Assembly: GCA_900550505.1 (NCBI GenBank)
Contig: URSI01000001.1
Coordinates: forward strand, 1-28,712
Length of the DNA: 28,712 bases
Reading direction: 5' to 3'
DNA from: an uncultured Eubacteriales bacterium
GTDB lineage: Bacteria > Bacillota > Clostridia > Oscillospirales > CAG-382
The notes below the pieces were generated by a model, which was not told where the DNA came from, made no database searches, and worked only from the letters and a program-made list of their open reading frames with translations. Positions 1 to 8,527 of the stretch are shown one piece after another (within the stretch, counting starts at the first letter, position 1; each line of letters begins with the position of its first letter). A program made the position numbers and the translations under genes.

Positions 1-408
1 GCGTGCGGGATACCCCCCGTAGGCCCGCGCAAGCGCAGCGCCGCCGGGCGGTCAGTCGCCGTACCGGCGGTAGTGCCGGATGGCGGCATAAATGCCTTAT
101 CCGGCCTACGTTTCTGAGGAGGCGTGCGGGATACCCCCCGTAGGCCCGCGCAAGCGCAGCGCCGCCGGGCGGTCAGTCGCCGTACCGGCGGTAGTGCCGG
201 ATGGCGGCATAAATGCCTTATCCGGCCTACGTTTCTGAGGAGGCGTGCGGGATACCCCCCGTAGGCCCGCGCAAGCGCAGCGCCGCCGGGCGGTCAGGCG
301 CCGTACCTGCGGTAGTGCCGGATGGCGGCATACATGCCTTATCCGGCCTACGATCCCTCACACAGGCTCACACCCCCCGTAGGCCCGGCAAGCGCAGCGC
401 CGCCGGGC
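1..408. repeat. Tandem REP/BIME array: 121-bp units at 1, 122 and 243, plus a final single REP at 379-408
   Basis: Each unit carries two opposed enterobacterial REPs, GTAGGCCCGCGCAAGCGCAGCGCCGCCGGGC (19-49) and GCCGGATGGCGGCATAAATGCCTTATCCGGCCTAC (75-109), with GTAG/CTAC ends. Units 1 and 2 read identical; unit 3 has 3 substitutions and diverges after ~351. The array may extend beyond the window start. Confidence 0.92.
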
Positions 409-425
409 AGCTGGCCCATCCCCCC

Positions 426-1385
426 TCAGTTCACCGTCAGGCGCAGGGCCAGATCCTGCGGATAGGGGTCAAAATAGTTCTGCGCCTGCAGGTAGCGATC
501 CGGATACTCGGCCAGATAGTGCTTAAGCAGCGTCAGCGGCGCGAGGATCGGCAGCAGCCCGGCGCGATAGTTGAGGATCACCTCCCGCAGCTCGCCGCGC
601 TGGCGGCTGTTCAGCTGGTCGCGGAAATAACCCTGAATATGCATCAGCACGTTGGTGTGATTTTTCCGCGAGGCGGGCCGCTTGAGGATCGCCATCAGCT
701 TCTCACGGTAGACCTCGAAGAAAGCCTCCAGATCCTCCCATTCATGCAGCGAGGCGACGAAGGGACCGATCTCGCGGTAGCCCGCCTGGTGGTGAGCCAG
801 CAGCTGCAGCTTGTAGCGGCTGTGAAAGGCCAGCAGGCCGTGGCGGGTCAGGCCGCGGGCGCGCAGGGCGTTGAGTTCATGCAGGGCGAAAACGCGCTCG
901 ACAAAATTCTCCCGCAGCAGCGGATCGTGCAGCCGGCCATCCTCTTCCACCGGCAGCCACGGGTAGCGCGCCATCAGGGCACCGGTAAACAGCCCCACGC
1001 CTTCCTTACGCCCGCGATTGCCTTTTTCGTCATACAGCCGCACGCGCTCCATCCCGCAGCTCGGCGATTTGGCGCAGACGATAAAGCCCGACAGCTCGCC
1101 CAGAGTTGCCAGATGGGCGTTGGCAAAATCGGCCATCTTCTCCGTCACATCCTCGTGCGGGGCGTGGCTGAAGCGCATGCGGATCTCCCCGACCGGAGTC
1201 TGCACCAGGCGGAGCGCCGGGCGGGGTACGGGCAGGCCGATCGCCATCTCCGGGCAGACGGGTTTAAACGCCACCCACTGCGCGAGCTCATCCATCACAA
1301 AGCCCATACGCTTATGCCCGCCGTCGAATCGCACGGCTGAGCCGGTTAAACATCCGCTGATCCCAATGACAGGTTGCGTGTTCAT
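426..1385 (-). CDS. ybgA: YbgA-family protein: DUF523 (2-thiouracil desulfidase-like) plus DUF1722
   Basis: N-terminal GISGCLTG-VRFDGGHK, VCPE and KSPSCG Cys motifs; C-terminal FHSRYKLQLLAH, NVLMHIQGYF and QNYFDPYP. Confidence 0.9.
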   Translation of the reverse strand: MNTQPVIGISGCLTGSAVRFDGGHKRMGFVMDELAQWVAFKPVCPEMAIGLPVPRPALRLVQTPVGEIRMRFSHAPHEDVTEKMADFANAHLATLGELSGFIVCAKSPSCGMERVRLYDEKGNRGRKEGVGLFTGALMARYPWLPVEEDGRLHDPLLRENFVERVFALHELNALRARGLTRHGLLAFHSRYKLQLLAHHQAGYREIGPFVASLHEWEDLEAFFEVYREKLMAILKRPASRKNHTNVLMHIQGYFRDQLNSRQRGELREVILNYRAGLLPILAPLTLLKHYLAEYPDRYLQAQNYFDPYPQDLALRLTVN

Positions 1386-1933
1386 GGCGCTGTCCTCTCT
1401 TCTGCTGTGGTTCGGGTAAAGAAAAGGGTCACGGTGGCGACCGTAATGCCGAATTTCTTCATCTCGGTTTTGTTAAACAAATGGCTGCCGTCCTGCAGGT
1501 ACATCCAGTCGTCAAAGTGCAGCAGCCACCGGCTGCCGCTGGCCTCGACGTTCATGCTGTAGCGCCAGTGAAAGGCATTGCCTGCCGCCTGGCCGCTGGC
1601 CACGCCTTCGATATCCCCGGCGGTGCCCTGATAACGGTTATCGCCGGTGCGGCGAATGCGCCATACCCGCTGCTGCTTCTCGCCATCGTCATAGACAAAG
1701 CGCTCATGGAGCGTCAGGGTGTCGCCGACGACGTCGCCATCGATCTCAACATGGAAGCGGCGCAGCTGCTTGCCGTTGCGATCCTGCACCATCCCCCACG
1801 CTTCGGTTCGACCCTGAAAATAGTGAAAGATGTCGAGGGCGGGCTGCTGCTGCCGGTATTCGGTGACCTCGGTACTGCAGCCGGCGAGCATCAGCATCAG
1901 CAGCGCCAGGCCAAGGGTCAGAATGCGTTTCAT
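1382..1933 (-). CDS. DUF3833 family lipoprotein (183 aa)
   Basis: Start re-called at MKRILTLG (ATG 1933, overlapping the upstream stop). Lipobox LAGC; YFQGRTEAWG, W-Y-M and FDDWMYL motifs. Confidence 0.85.
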   Translation of the reverse strand: MKRILTLGLALLMLMLAGCSTEVTEYRQQQPALDIFHYFQGRTEAWGMVQDRNGKQLRRFHVEIDGDVVGDTLTLHERFVYDDGEKQQRVWRIRRTGDNRYQGTAGDIEGVASGQAAGNAFHWRYSMNVEASGSRWLLHFDDWMYLQDGSHLFNKTEMKKFGITVATVTLFFTRTTAEERTAP

Positions 1934-2454
1934 GGTGTACCTCCGATCAACTGCTGACGCAGTTCGGGATAAGTGGTGCGTGGATCGAGCCAGATGGCGA
2001 GAAAGCGGGTGCTGAACGCCGCCGACTGGCGCGGGCCGAGCGGGGTAAAGGCGGTCTGTGCGGCGCTGGCGCGGTACCAGAACTGCCCCTCGCCGCCGCG
2101 GACCACGAACGCCAGCTGGCTGCCTGGCGCGACGTCCGGCCAGAGCCCCTGCAGCATGCGCAGCCAGGCTTCGCTGCGCGGCTCCTGCTGCAGAATACCC
2201 TGCGCCTGCCACTGGTCGCGGGTGGCGTCCACCAGCGCCTCGCGATCGATGTCGCGCTGGTAGGTGATGATCAGCGCCCGATCCTGCTGCGGGCCGTCAT
2301 ACCGACCATTGGGCGTGCGCAGCTGTGAGTGATAGACGGTGAACGGCCCCCAGGTGAGGGTTGCCTCGCCGACGCGGCGCCACGCCAGCCAGTCGGCGGC
2401 GTGGGCCGCCGGGGCGAGGGCGGTCAGCCATAGTAGTAACAGGGCGAATCTCAT
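1930..2454 (-). CDS. Secreted chalcone-isomerase-like (fatty-acid-binding fold) protein (174 aa)
   Basis: Start re-called at MRFALLL (ATG 2454, overlapping the upstream stop). Signal peptide ending AHA; VGEATLTWGPFTVY, WPDV-PG and FLAIWL...PELRQQLIG motifs. Confidence 0.75.
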   Translation of the reverse strand: MRFALLLLWLTALAPAAHAADWLAWRRVGEATLTWGPFTVYHSQLRTPNGRYDGPQQDRALIITYQRDIDREALVDATRDQWQAQGILQQEPRSEAWLRMLQGLWPDVAPGSQLAFVVRGGEGQFWYRASAAQTAFTPLGPRQSAAFSTRFLAIWLDPRTTYPELRQQLIGGTP

Positions 2455-2936
2455 TTTTGCCTCCCCATCCCCAGATGGAACAGCAGCATGATCACCAGCC
2501 AGCCGCAGGCCATGGCGGCCACAGCAAGCGCGGTCGGCACCAGCAGGGTCATGGCTCCGAGGCGAGCGCCGATCAGGTAGGCCACCGGGCCGCCGAGGGT
2601 CGCCGCCGTAGCCAGCACCCAGCCGGGAAGCGTCGCGGTGCGGGTCAGTCGGGTCCAGACGACGGCGAACATCAGCCACAGGGCCACCATCCACAGGGGC
2701 AGCAGGCTGTCGCCGGGAAAATCAATCAGCCCCGCCAGCGCCCAGCAGGCGTCCAGCCCGCAGCCCGCCGCGGCCAGCAGCAGGGCGGGCGGACGACTGG
2801 CCGCCGGCAACCGCAGCCAGGCGAACAGCGCCAGCGTCAGCCAGATCAGCAGGCCGCGCTCGCGCAACATCACCACCAGCGTCCAGTAAACATCGAACGC
2901 GAGGGCCATCAGCAAGTGCTGCGCCGGGCGTGTCAT
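2451..2936 (-). CDS. DUF2878 family membrane protein
   Basis: Hydrophobic 161 aa with PLWMVALWLMF and GGPVAYLIGARLGA motifs; typical position in this cluster. Confidence 0.8.
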   Translation of the reverse strand: MTRPAQHLLMALAFDVYWTLVVMLRERGLLIWLTLALFAWLRLPAASRPPALLLAAAGCGLDACWALAGLIDFPGDSLLPLWMVALWLMFAVVWTRLTRTATLPGWVLATAATLGGPVAYLIGARLGAMTLLVPTALAVAAMACGWLVIMLLFHLGMGRQK

Positions 2937-4153
2937 ACCCGCTCCGCGGTGAGCTGCACCACGCTGATGGTGCGGGCGTTAAATCCGGCTTCGCAATAGC
3001 CGAAGTAGTAGAGCCACATCCGGCGGAAGCGCTCATCAAAACCGAGCTTTTCAATATCCTGCCAGGCGTGGGTAAAACGCTGCCGCCAGTGCGCCAGGGT
3101 GCGGGCATAGTCCGGGCCCATGTCGAACAGGTTGCGCACCACAAAATCGGTATGGCGGGTCATCAGCTCGCTCATTGTCGTGATGCTGGGCAAAAAGCCG
3201 CCCGGGAAGATGTAGCGCTGGATAAAATCGACGCTTTTGCTGTAGTCGCGATAGCGCTGATCCTGAATGGTGATCGCCTGCAGGGCCATTCTGCCGCCCG
3301 GGCGCAGGCGCGCCTGGCAGGTGCGGAAGAAAGCCGGCAGATAGCGCTGACCCACCGCCTCAATCATCTCCACCGACACCAGTTTGTCGTACTCGCCGCG
3401 CAGATCGCGGTAGTCGCAGAGCAGCACCTCGACGCGATCCTGCAGCCCGGCGCGGGCCATGCGCTCGGTAGCCCAGCGGTGCTGCTCCCGGGAAAGGGTG
3501 GTAGTCGTGACCCGGCAACCGTAATGGCGGGCGGCGTACTCGGCCAGCGCCCCCCAGCCGGTGCCAATCTCCAGCAGATGATCGCCGGGGTTGAGCGCCA
3601 GCTGGTCGCACAGACGCGCCATCTTGGCCCGCTGGGCCTGGGTCAGATCCTGCTCGTCGTCGGTAAACAGCGCGCTGGAGTAGAGCAGGTCGTCATCCAG
3701 AAAGTGGGCATAAAATTCGTTGCCGAGGTCGTAATGGGCGGCAATGTTCTCCCGCGCCTGGGCGCGGGTGTTGCGTCGAGTCCAGTGGCGCAGGCGGGCG
3801 ACAGGCTTACCCAGCAGACGAAAGCCGCGCTCCAGACGCCCCAGCACCTCGCCGTTGCGCGCGAGGATCTGCAACAGCGCCGTCAGCTGGTGGCTCTCCC
3901 AGTCGCCGTCCATCCAGGCCTCGGCCGCCGCGAGACTGCCGCCGGTTAGCAGACGCCAGTACACCTCCGGCGTGCAGACCCGCGCCTCAGCGCGCAGCGC
4001 GGCGGCGGGGTCGCCAAAATGAAAAGTCTGCGCCCCTTCGCGCACGGTGAGCGAGCCTTCGCGGAGGCCGCTCAACAGACGAAAAAGCAGCCAGCGCGCG
4101 AGCCGCACGTTGCGCGGCACATCGGGTTCTAGCGCAAAGACGGGATCGGTCAT
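2933..4153 (-). CDS. Cyclopropane-fatty-acyl-phospholipid synthase family SAM methyltransferase (Cfa/UfaM-like)
   Basis: NIAAHYDLGNEFY, YSSA, LLEIGTGWG (SAM binding), DYRDL, SVEMIEAVG, YIFPGG and YCEAGF motifs. Confidence 0.93.
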   Translation of the reverse strand: MTDPVFALEPDVPRNVRLARWLLFRLLSGLREGSLTVREGAQTFHFGDPAAALRAEARVCTPEVYWRLLTGGSLAAAEAWMDGDWESHQLTALLQILARNGEVLGRLERGFRLLGKPVARLRHWTRRNTRAQARENIAAHYDLGNEFYAHFLDDDLLYSSALFTDDEQDLTQAQRAKMARLCDQLALNPGDHLLEIGTGWGALAEYAARHYGCRVTTTTLSREQHRWATERMARAGLQDRVEVLLCDYRDLRGEYDKLVSVEMIEAVGQRYLPAFFRTCQARLRPGGRMALQAITIQDQRYRDYSKSVDFIQRYIFPGGFLPSITTMSELMTRHTDFVVRNLFDMGPDYARTLAHWRQRFTHAWQDIEKLGFDERFRRMWLYYFGYCEAGFNARTISVVQLTAERV

Positions 4154-4872
4154 GAGCGTTCACTCCTGCTGACAGGATGGTTGTACAGCGGCACGCGCTT
4201 CAGCCACAGCCGCAGCGCCTGCCAGTAGATGGCGAGGACGGTTTTCAGGGTCATCATCGGCAGACGCAGCAGCAGCCCGCGCAGGTTGGCGCGGGTTAAC
4301 GGCACGCGGCTCAGGGCCAGCGTGGCGTCGAACACCTTGCTGACCTGATGGTTTTCAATGTGCATGTGCAGCGTTTTGCCCGGCGCGTTGAAGCGCCAGT
4401 GATAGACCATATCCATCGGGTTAAACGGCGAAACGTGAAAGGCTTTCTCCAGCGGGCGCGCCTGCTGGCCGTCCACCGCGTAGTAATGACGCTCATTCCA
4501 TGGCGTGTTGCGCACTTCGGCCAGCACCCAGCGCAGGGTGTCGGCCTCGTCATAGCAGTAGTAAAAGTTGACCGGATTAAAATGGAAGCCGAAGTAGCGC
4601 AGCTGGGTCAGGAGCATCACGCGGCCTGCCGGGCGGCAGCCGGTCAGGCTCTCCAGCCGGTTCAGCACCTGGGCCTTCAGCGGCGCGCCCAGCGGATAAT
4701 CGGCGTCGTACCAGGCGGCGGCGGCCAGGCGGTTGCGACGGATGCCCGCCTCAGGCAGCCTGTCCAGTTCGTCGAGGTCAAGCCAGGCCATAAACAGGCG
4801 GTAGACGAAGTGGTGCGCCTTCGGCTGCAGGCGACGGTGGCGCAGGACGCCCTGATAGAGGCAGCTGTTCAT
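4150..4872 (-). CDS. DUF1365 family protein (UfaO-like, 240 aa)
   Basis: Start re-called at MNSCLYQG (ATG 4872). HRR..P..HHF.Y, FNPVNFYYC, EVRNTPWNERH.Y, KAFHVSPF and IYWQALRLWLK motifs. Confidence 0.9.
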   Translation of the reverse strand: MNSCLYQGVLRHRRLQPKAHHFVYRLFMAWLDLDELDRLPEAGIRRNRLAAAAWYDADYPLGAPLKAQVLNRLESLTGCRPAGRVMLLTQLRYFGFHFNPVNFYYCYDEADTLRWVLAEVRNTPWNERHYYAVDGQQARPLEKAFHVSPFNPMDMVYHWRFNAPGKTLHMHIENHQVSKVFDATLALSRVPLTRANLRGLLLRLPMMTLKTVLAIYWQALRLWLKRVPLYNHPVSRSERS

Positions 4873-4873
4873 T

Positions 4874-6133
4874 TCAGTTGTCCTCCGCCGCGGCGATGCC
4901 CTGCACCACGTCGAGCGCACTGCGCACCCCGTCCTCATGAAAGCCGTTGTACCAGTAGGCCCCGCAGTACCAGCTCCGCTGCTGGCCGTTAATCTCTTCG
5001 CGCCGCAGCTGGGCCGACCAGCTTTGCGGGTTAAACAGCGGATGCTCATAGACGAAGCGCTGCCAGACAAAGCGATCGTCCACCGGCGCGTCCGGGTTCA
5101 GAGTGACGCAGAACAGGGGGGCGCCCGCAGGCAGCCCCTGGAGAATATTCATGTTGTAGGTGACGCAGGCCCGGGCCAAATCCCCGTCGCTCAGGCGATA
5201 GTTCCAGCTGGCCCAGGCGCGCTGGCGCTCCGGCAGCCAGCGCGGATCGCTGTGCAGCACCACCTCGTTGCGCTGCCAGCCGATATCCCCCAGCACCTCA
5301 CGCTCGGCGTCGGTGGGCGCCGCCAGCATCGCCAGCGCCTGCGCGGAGTGGCAGGCGAAGATCACCTGGTCAAAATGCGCCTCCCCGGACGCCAGCCGCA
5401 GGATAACTCCCGCCGGGTGACGGTCCACCTGCTGCACCGGCGCGTTGAGCCGCAGGTCCAGGCGATCGCCGAGCCTGGCGAGCAGGGCGCGGACGTATTC
5501 CCGGGAACCGCCGGGCACCACGTACCATTGCGGACGATCGCGAATATCCAGCAGACCGTGGTTTTCAAAGAAGCGCAAAAACAGCGGTAGCGGGAAGCGG
5601 CGCATCTCCTGCAGCGACGACGACCAGATGGCCGCCCCCATCGGCAGGATATAGTGGCGGGCGAAGAAGGGGCTAAAACGGTGGCGGGAGAGGAAGTTCT
5701 CCAGCGTCGCGCCCGGATCCAGCGCCTCGGTCAGCGCCAGTTTTGCCAGCCGGTTGAAGCGGACGATCTCGCTCAGCAGCCCCCAGAAGGCCGGCTTCAG
5801 CAGATTGCGTCGCTGGGCGAAGAGCGAGGTCAGGCTGTGGCCGTTGTACTCCAGGCCGCTGGCCGGGTTGTGGACCGAGAAGCTCATCTGCGTTTTTTGC
5901 CCGTCGATCCCCAGCTCGCTGAGCAGGCCCATAAAGCGCGGATAGGTGCGATCGTTGTAGACGATAAATCCGGTATCGATGGCCCAGGTGCCCTGCGGCG
6001 TGGCGACATCCACGGTGGCGGTGTGGCCGCCCGGCGTGGCGCCCGCTTCGAACAGCGTCACCTGATGGTGTCCGGCCAGCCGCCAGGCGCAGGTCAGCCC
6101 GGCGATGCCGCTGCCGATGATGGCGATGTTCAT
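4874..6133 (-). CDS. FAD-dependent oxidoreductase / desaturase (UfaD-like)
   Basis: IAIIGSGIAG FAD motif, GGHT, IDTGFIVYN, WASWNY, YEHP and GAYW.NGFHEDG. Confidence 0.9.
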   Translation of the reverse strand: MNIAIIGSGIAGLTCAWRLAGHHQVTLFEAGATPGGHTATVDVATPQGTWAIDTGFIVYNDRTYPRFMGLLSELGIDGQKTQMSFSVHNPASGLEYNGHSLTSLFAQRRNLLKPAFWGLLSEIVRFNRLAKLALTEALDPGATLENFLSRHRFSPFFARHYILPMGAAIWSSSLQEMRRFPLPLFLRFFENHGLLDIRDRPQWYVVPGGSREYVRALLARLGDRLDLRLNAPVQQVDRHPAGVILRLASGEAHFDQVIFACHSAQALAMLAAPTDAEREVLGDIGWQRNEVVLHSDPRWLPERQRAWASWNYRLSDGDLARACVTYNMNILQGLPAGAPLFCVTLNPDAPVDDRFVWQRFVYEHPLFNPQSWSAQLRREEINGQQRSWYCGAYWYNGFHEDGVRSALDVVQGIAAAEDN

Positions 6134-6747
6134 GAGCGCACCATCCTGCGCAACAGCAGGCGCTGCATACCTGACGGCAGGCTGGCCAGCAGCCGCAGGG
6201 CCAGGCTGAAACCGGTGGGGAAGGCGATGTGGTTTTTTCCCTTCGCCAGGCCGTGACGGATCGCCGCCACTGCCCGATCCACGCTCACCCGGCCGGGCAT
6301 GGCAAAGTCGTTTTTGCGCGTCAGCGGGGTGTCGACGAAGCCTGGAGAGACCACCGTGACGGCGACCCCTTTCGGCTCCCAGTCAAGACGCAGGCTGTTG
6401 GCAAACCAGGTCAGCGCCGCCTTGGAGGCGCCATAGGCTTCCGCGCGCGGGAAGGGCAGCCAGTGCGCCATGGAGCTGACCAGCACCACCCGATCGCCAG
6501 CCTCCAGCTGCGTCTGCAGCGCCGCCAGGCAGTTCACCGGCCCAAGGAAGTTGGTGGCCATCACCCGCTCCACGAGGGCGGCATCCACCTGTCCGTGATC
6601 GAGGTATTCGCAGGTGCCGGCGCAGAGAATGATCAGGTCAGCAAAACAGCCCGTCAGCGCCTGGCGACAGGCGTCCCTGTCTGTCATATCGAACAGGCGC
6701 GCGCTGATGTTGGGGCTGAACTGCTGCAGCGCCGTCAGGCGCGACGG
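6130..6747 (-). pseudogene. SDR family oxidoreductase, 5'-truncated at the junction
   Basis: CAG, SS, catalytic YGASK and VSPGFVDTPLT motifs are present. The N-terminal TGxxxGIG Rossmann motif is missing, and the track's MSPYPMIP start is read from foreign sequence. The truncation is probably an assembly artefact rather than decay. Confidence 0.8.
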
Positions 6748-6750
6748 CGG
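6735..6750. other. Junction between enterobacterial and Bacillota-type sequence
   Basis: The SDR frame (- strand) and the AddA frame (+ strand) both break here, and codon style and gene content change abruptly. Confidence 0.85.
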
Positions 6751-8527
6751 GATCATGGGATACGGAGACATAGCCGTGCTCCGCAGGGGAGTGGCAGATC
6801 ACATACAGGAGCTGTGCGCCGCGCTTTCCGCACGGGGAATACCTTTTGCAACGGCGAACGGCAACGGTTATTTTACGGCACCCGAGATACAGCTGGCGCA
6901 AAGTGTCCTCAGATGTATAGAAAACCCGCTTGACGATATAGCGCTTGCCGGAGTGCTGCGCAGTCCGGTGTTCGGGTTTTCCGCGCAGGAGCTGTATGAG
7001 CTTCGCCGTGATTCGCACGCCGTGACGCTTTATTCTTCGCTTCGCGGGGCTGCGATTCGCAGAAGCGTGGGACGGCTCAGACTCGTGAGCAGGCGCAGGG
7101 TGGCGCGCGTAAGACGCGGACCGCACACTGCGGCATTGGTGCGTTGCCGTGGGGCGGAGATCTCGGACAAGGCTGCGGCGGCGCTCGACGGACTTGAGAG
7201 ATTGCGGAGACTGGCGGACAGACTTTCGCTTTCCGCTTTGGTGTGGAGAATTTACGGCATGACCGGAATGCTCGGGGCGGACACCCCGGCGGCGAGAAAA
7301 AACCTGCTGATATTCTATCAGCAGGTGCGGTCGTTTGAAAAAACGTCATATCGTACCGTCGGCGCGTTCAACGAGTATTTCAGGGAAGCTGCACAACGGG
7401 GGAAGCCGCCCAAGGGCTATGACGGCGGGGCGGGTGACTGCGTCAGGATAATGACCATACACAGCTCAAAGGGACTGGATTTTCCCGCCGTGTTCCTGTG
7501 CGGCGCATCGTCCGGGATAAACAAGAAGGACGTCAGAGAGCGGATGATCGTATCGCGCGGCAGCGGTATATCCTTCAGGTGCTTTGATCCGCATACCCTT
7601 ATCATGACAGACACCGTAAGGCGCCGTATAGCAGTGCGCGAGGAACAGGCAGAGCTGCTGCGCGAGGAGCGGAGGCTGCTTTATGTGGCGCTTACACGTG
7701 CGAAGGAAAGACTGTATGTGTGCGGAGCTAAAAAAACGGCTGCGGACAGCTATATGGCGTCATTGCTGTCCGTGCCGGATATAGATAAATACTGTGAGCT
7801 TATCGATACTGCCGCAGAGCCTGACGTGAGCGGAGAAATATCCGCACGAAATGTTGAAAGTCCGGAAATTTACAGCGGTAACGGTGCGGATATATCCGAG
7901 ATACGGCGTGCACTGGACTTTGTCTATCCCTATCCGCCGGCTCCGCGGACGAAGATATCCGTTTCCGAGCTGAGTATCCGCGGGCAGGCGGAAACGGTGC
8001 CGTATTCCGTGGTCGGTCGCCGCCCCGTTTTCGTAACGGGACGTGACGGCGCTGCCGTCGGCACCGCCATGCATGAATTCATGCAGTTCTGCAGCTTTGA
8101 AAACGTCATTGCATACGGCGCCCGCAACGAGGCCGCAAGGCTCGTCAGAGAAAGGTTTATGGCGGACCGGAAGCCGGAACTGCTCGATTTTGCCAAGCTC
8201 GAGAGGTTTTTTACATCCGATATATACGGTGAAATAGCTTCAAGTCCCGAGGTCTGGCGCGAAAAACGGTTCTCCGTCTCTGAGGAACTTGAAGGGGAAA
8301 AGATCATAGTACAGGGCGTGATAGATCTGTTCTTTGAAAATCGTGAAGGCGGGTATACGGTGGTCGATTATAAGACCGACAGGGACGACACCGCGATAGG
8401 CGAACGACACCGCACGCAGCTTTTGTGTTATTGCCGCGCTGTTGCGGAAATGACGGGCAGACCAGTCACGCGCGCGGTCGTATACGCTTTTTCCTCGGGT
8501 AAAACCGAAGAGATTCCGATAAAGTAA
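6748..8527 (+). CDS. addA: AddA helicase/nuclease, C-terminal part only (5'-truncated; start is the junction, not a start codon)
   Basis: YGDIAVL.R, NP.DD..LAGVLRSP, VRIMTIHSSKGL.FP.VFL, EERRLLYVALTRAKE.L; RecB-type nuclease motifs GTAMH, QGVIDL and VVDYKTD. Walker A and the N-terminal helicase half are absent. Confidence 0.88.

Noticed and set aside
1..408. CRISPR array
   Set aside because: The would-be spacers repeat along with the repeats, the units are canonical REPs, and there are no cas genes.
213..1340. 375-aa plus-strand ORF
   Set aside because: It starts inside the REP array and is the antisense shadow of ybgA in GC-rich DNA.
1..6747. Genomic island transferred into a Clostridia genome
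   Set aside because: There are no mobility genes or att sites, and the break destroys genes on both sides, including a core repair gene. A chimera is the simpler explanation.
6614..8527. 637-aa ORF as a novel short helicase-nuclease or defence protein
   Set aside because: Its first ~40 aa are antisense SDR sequence. The rest is ordinary AddA cut at the junction.
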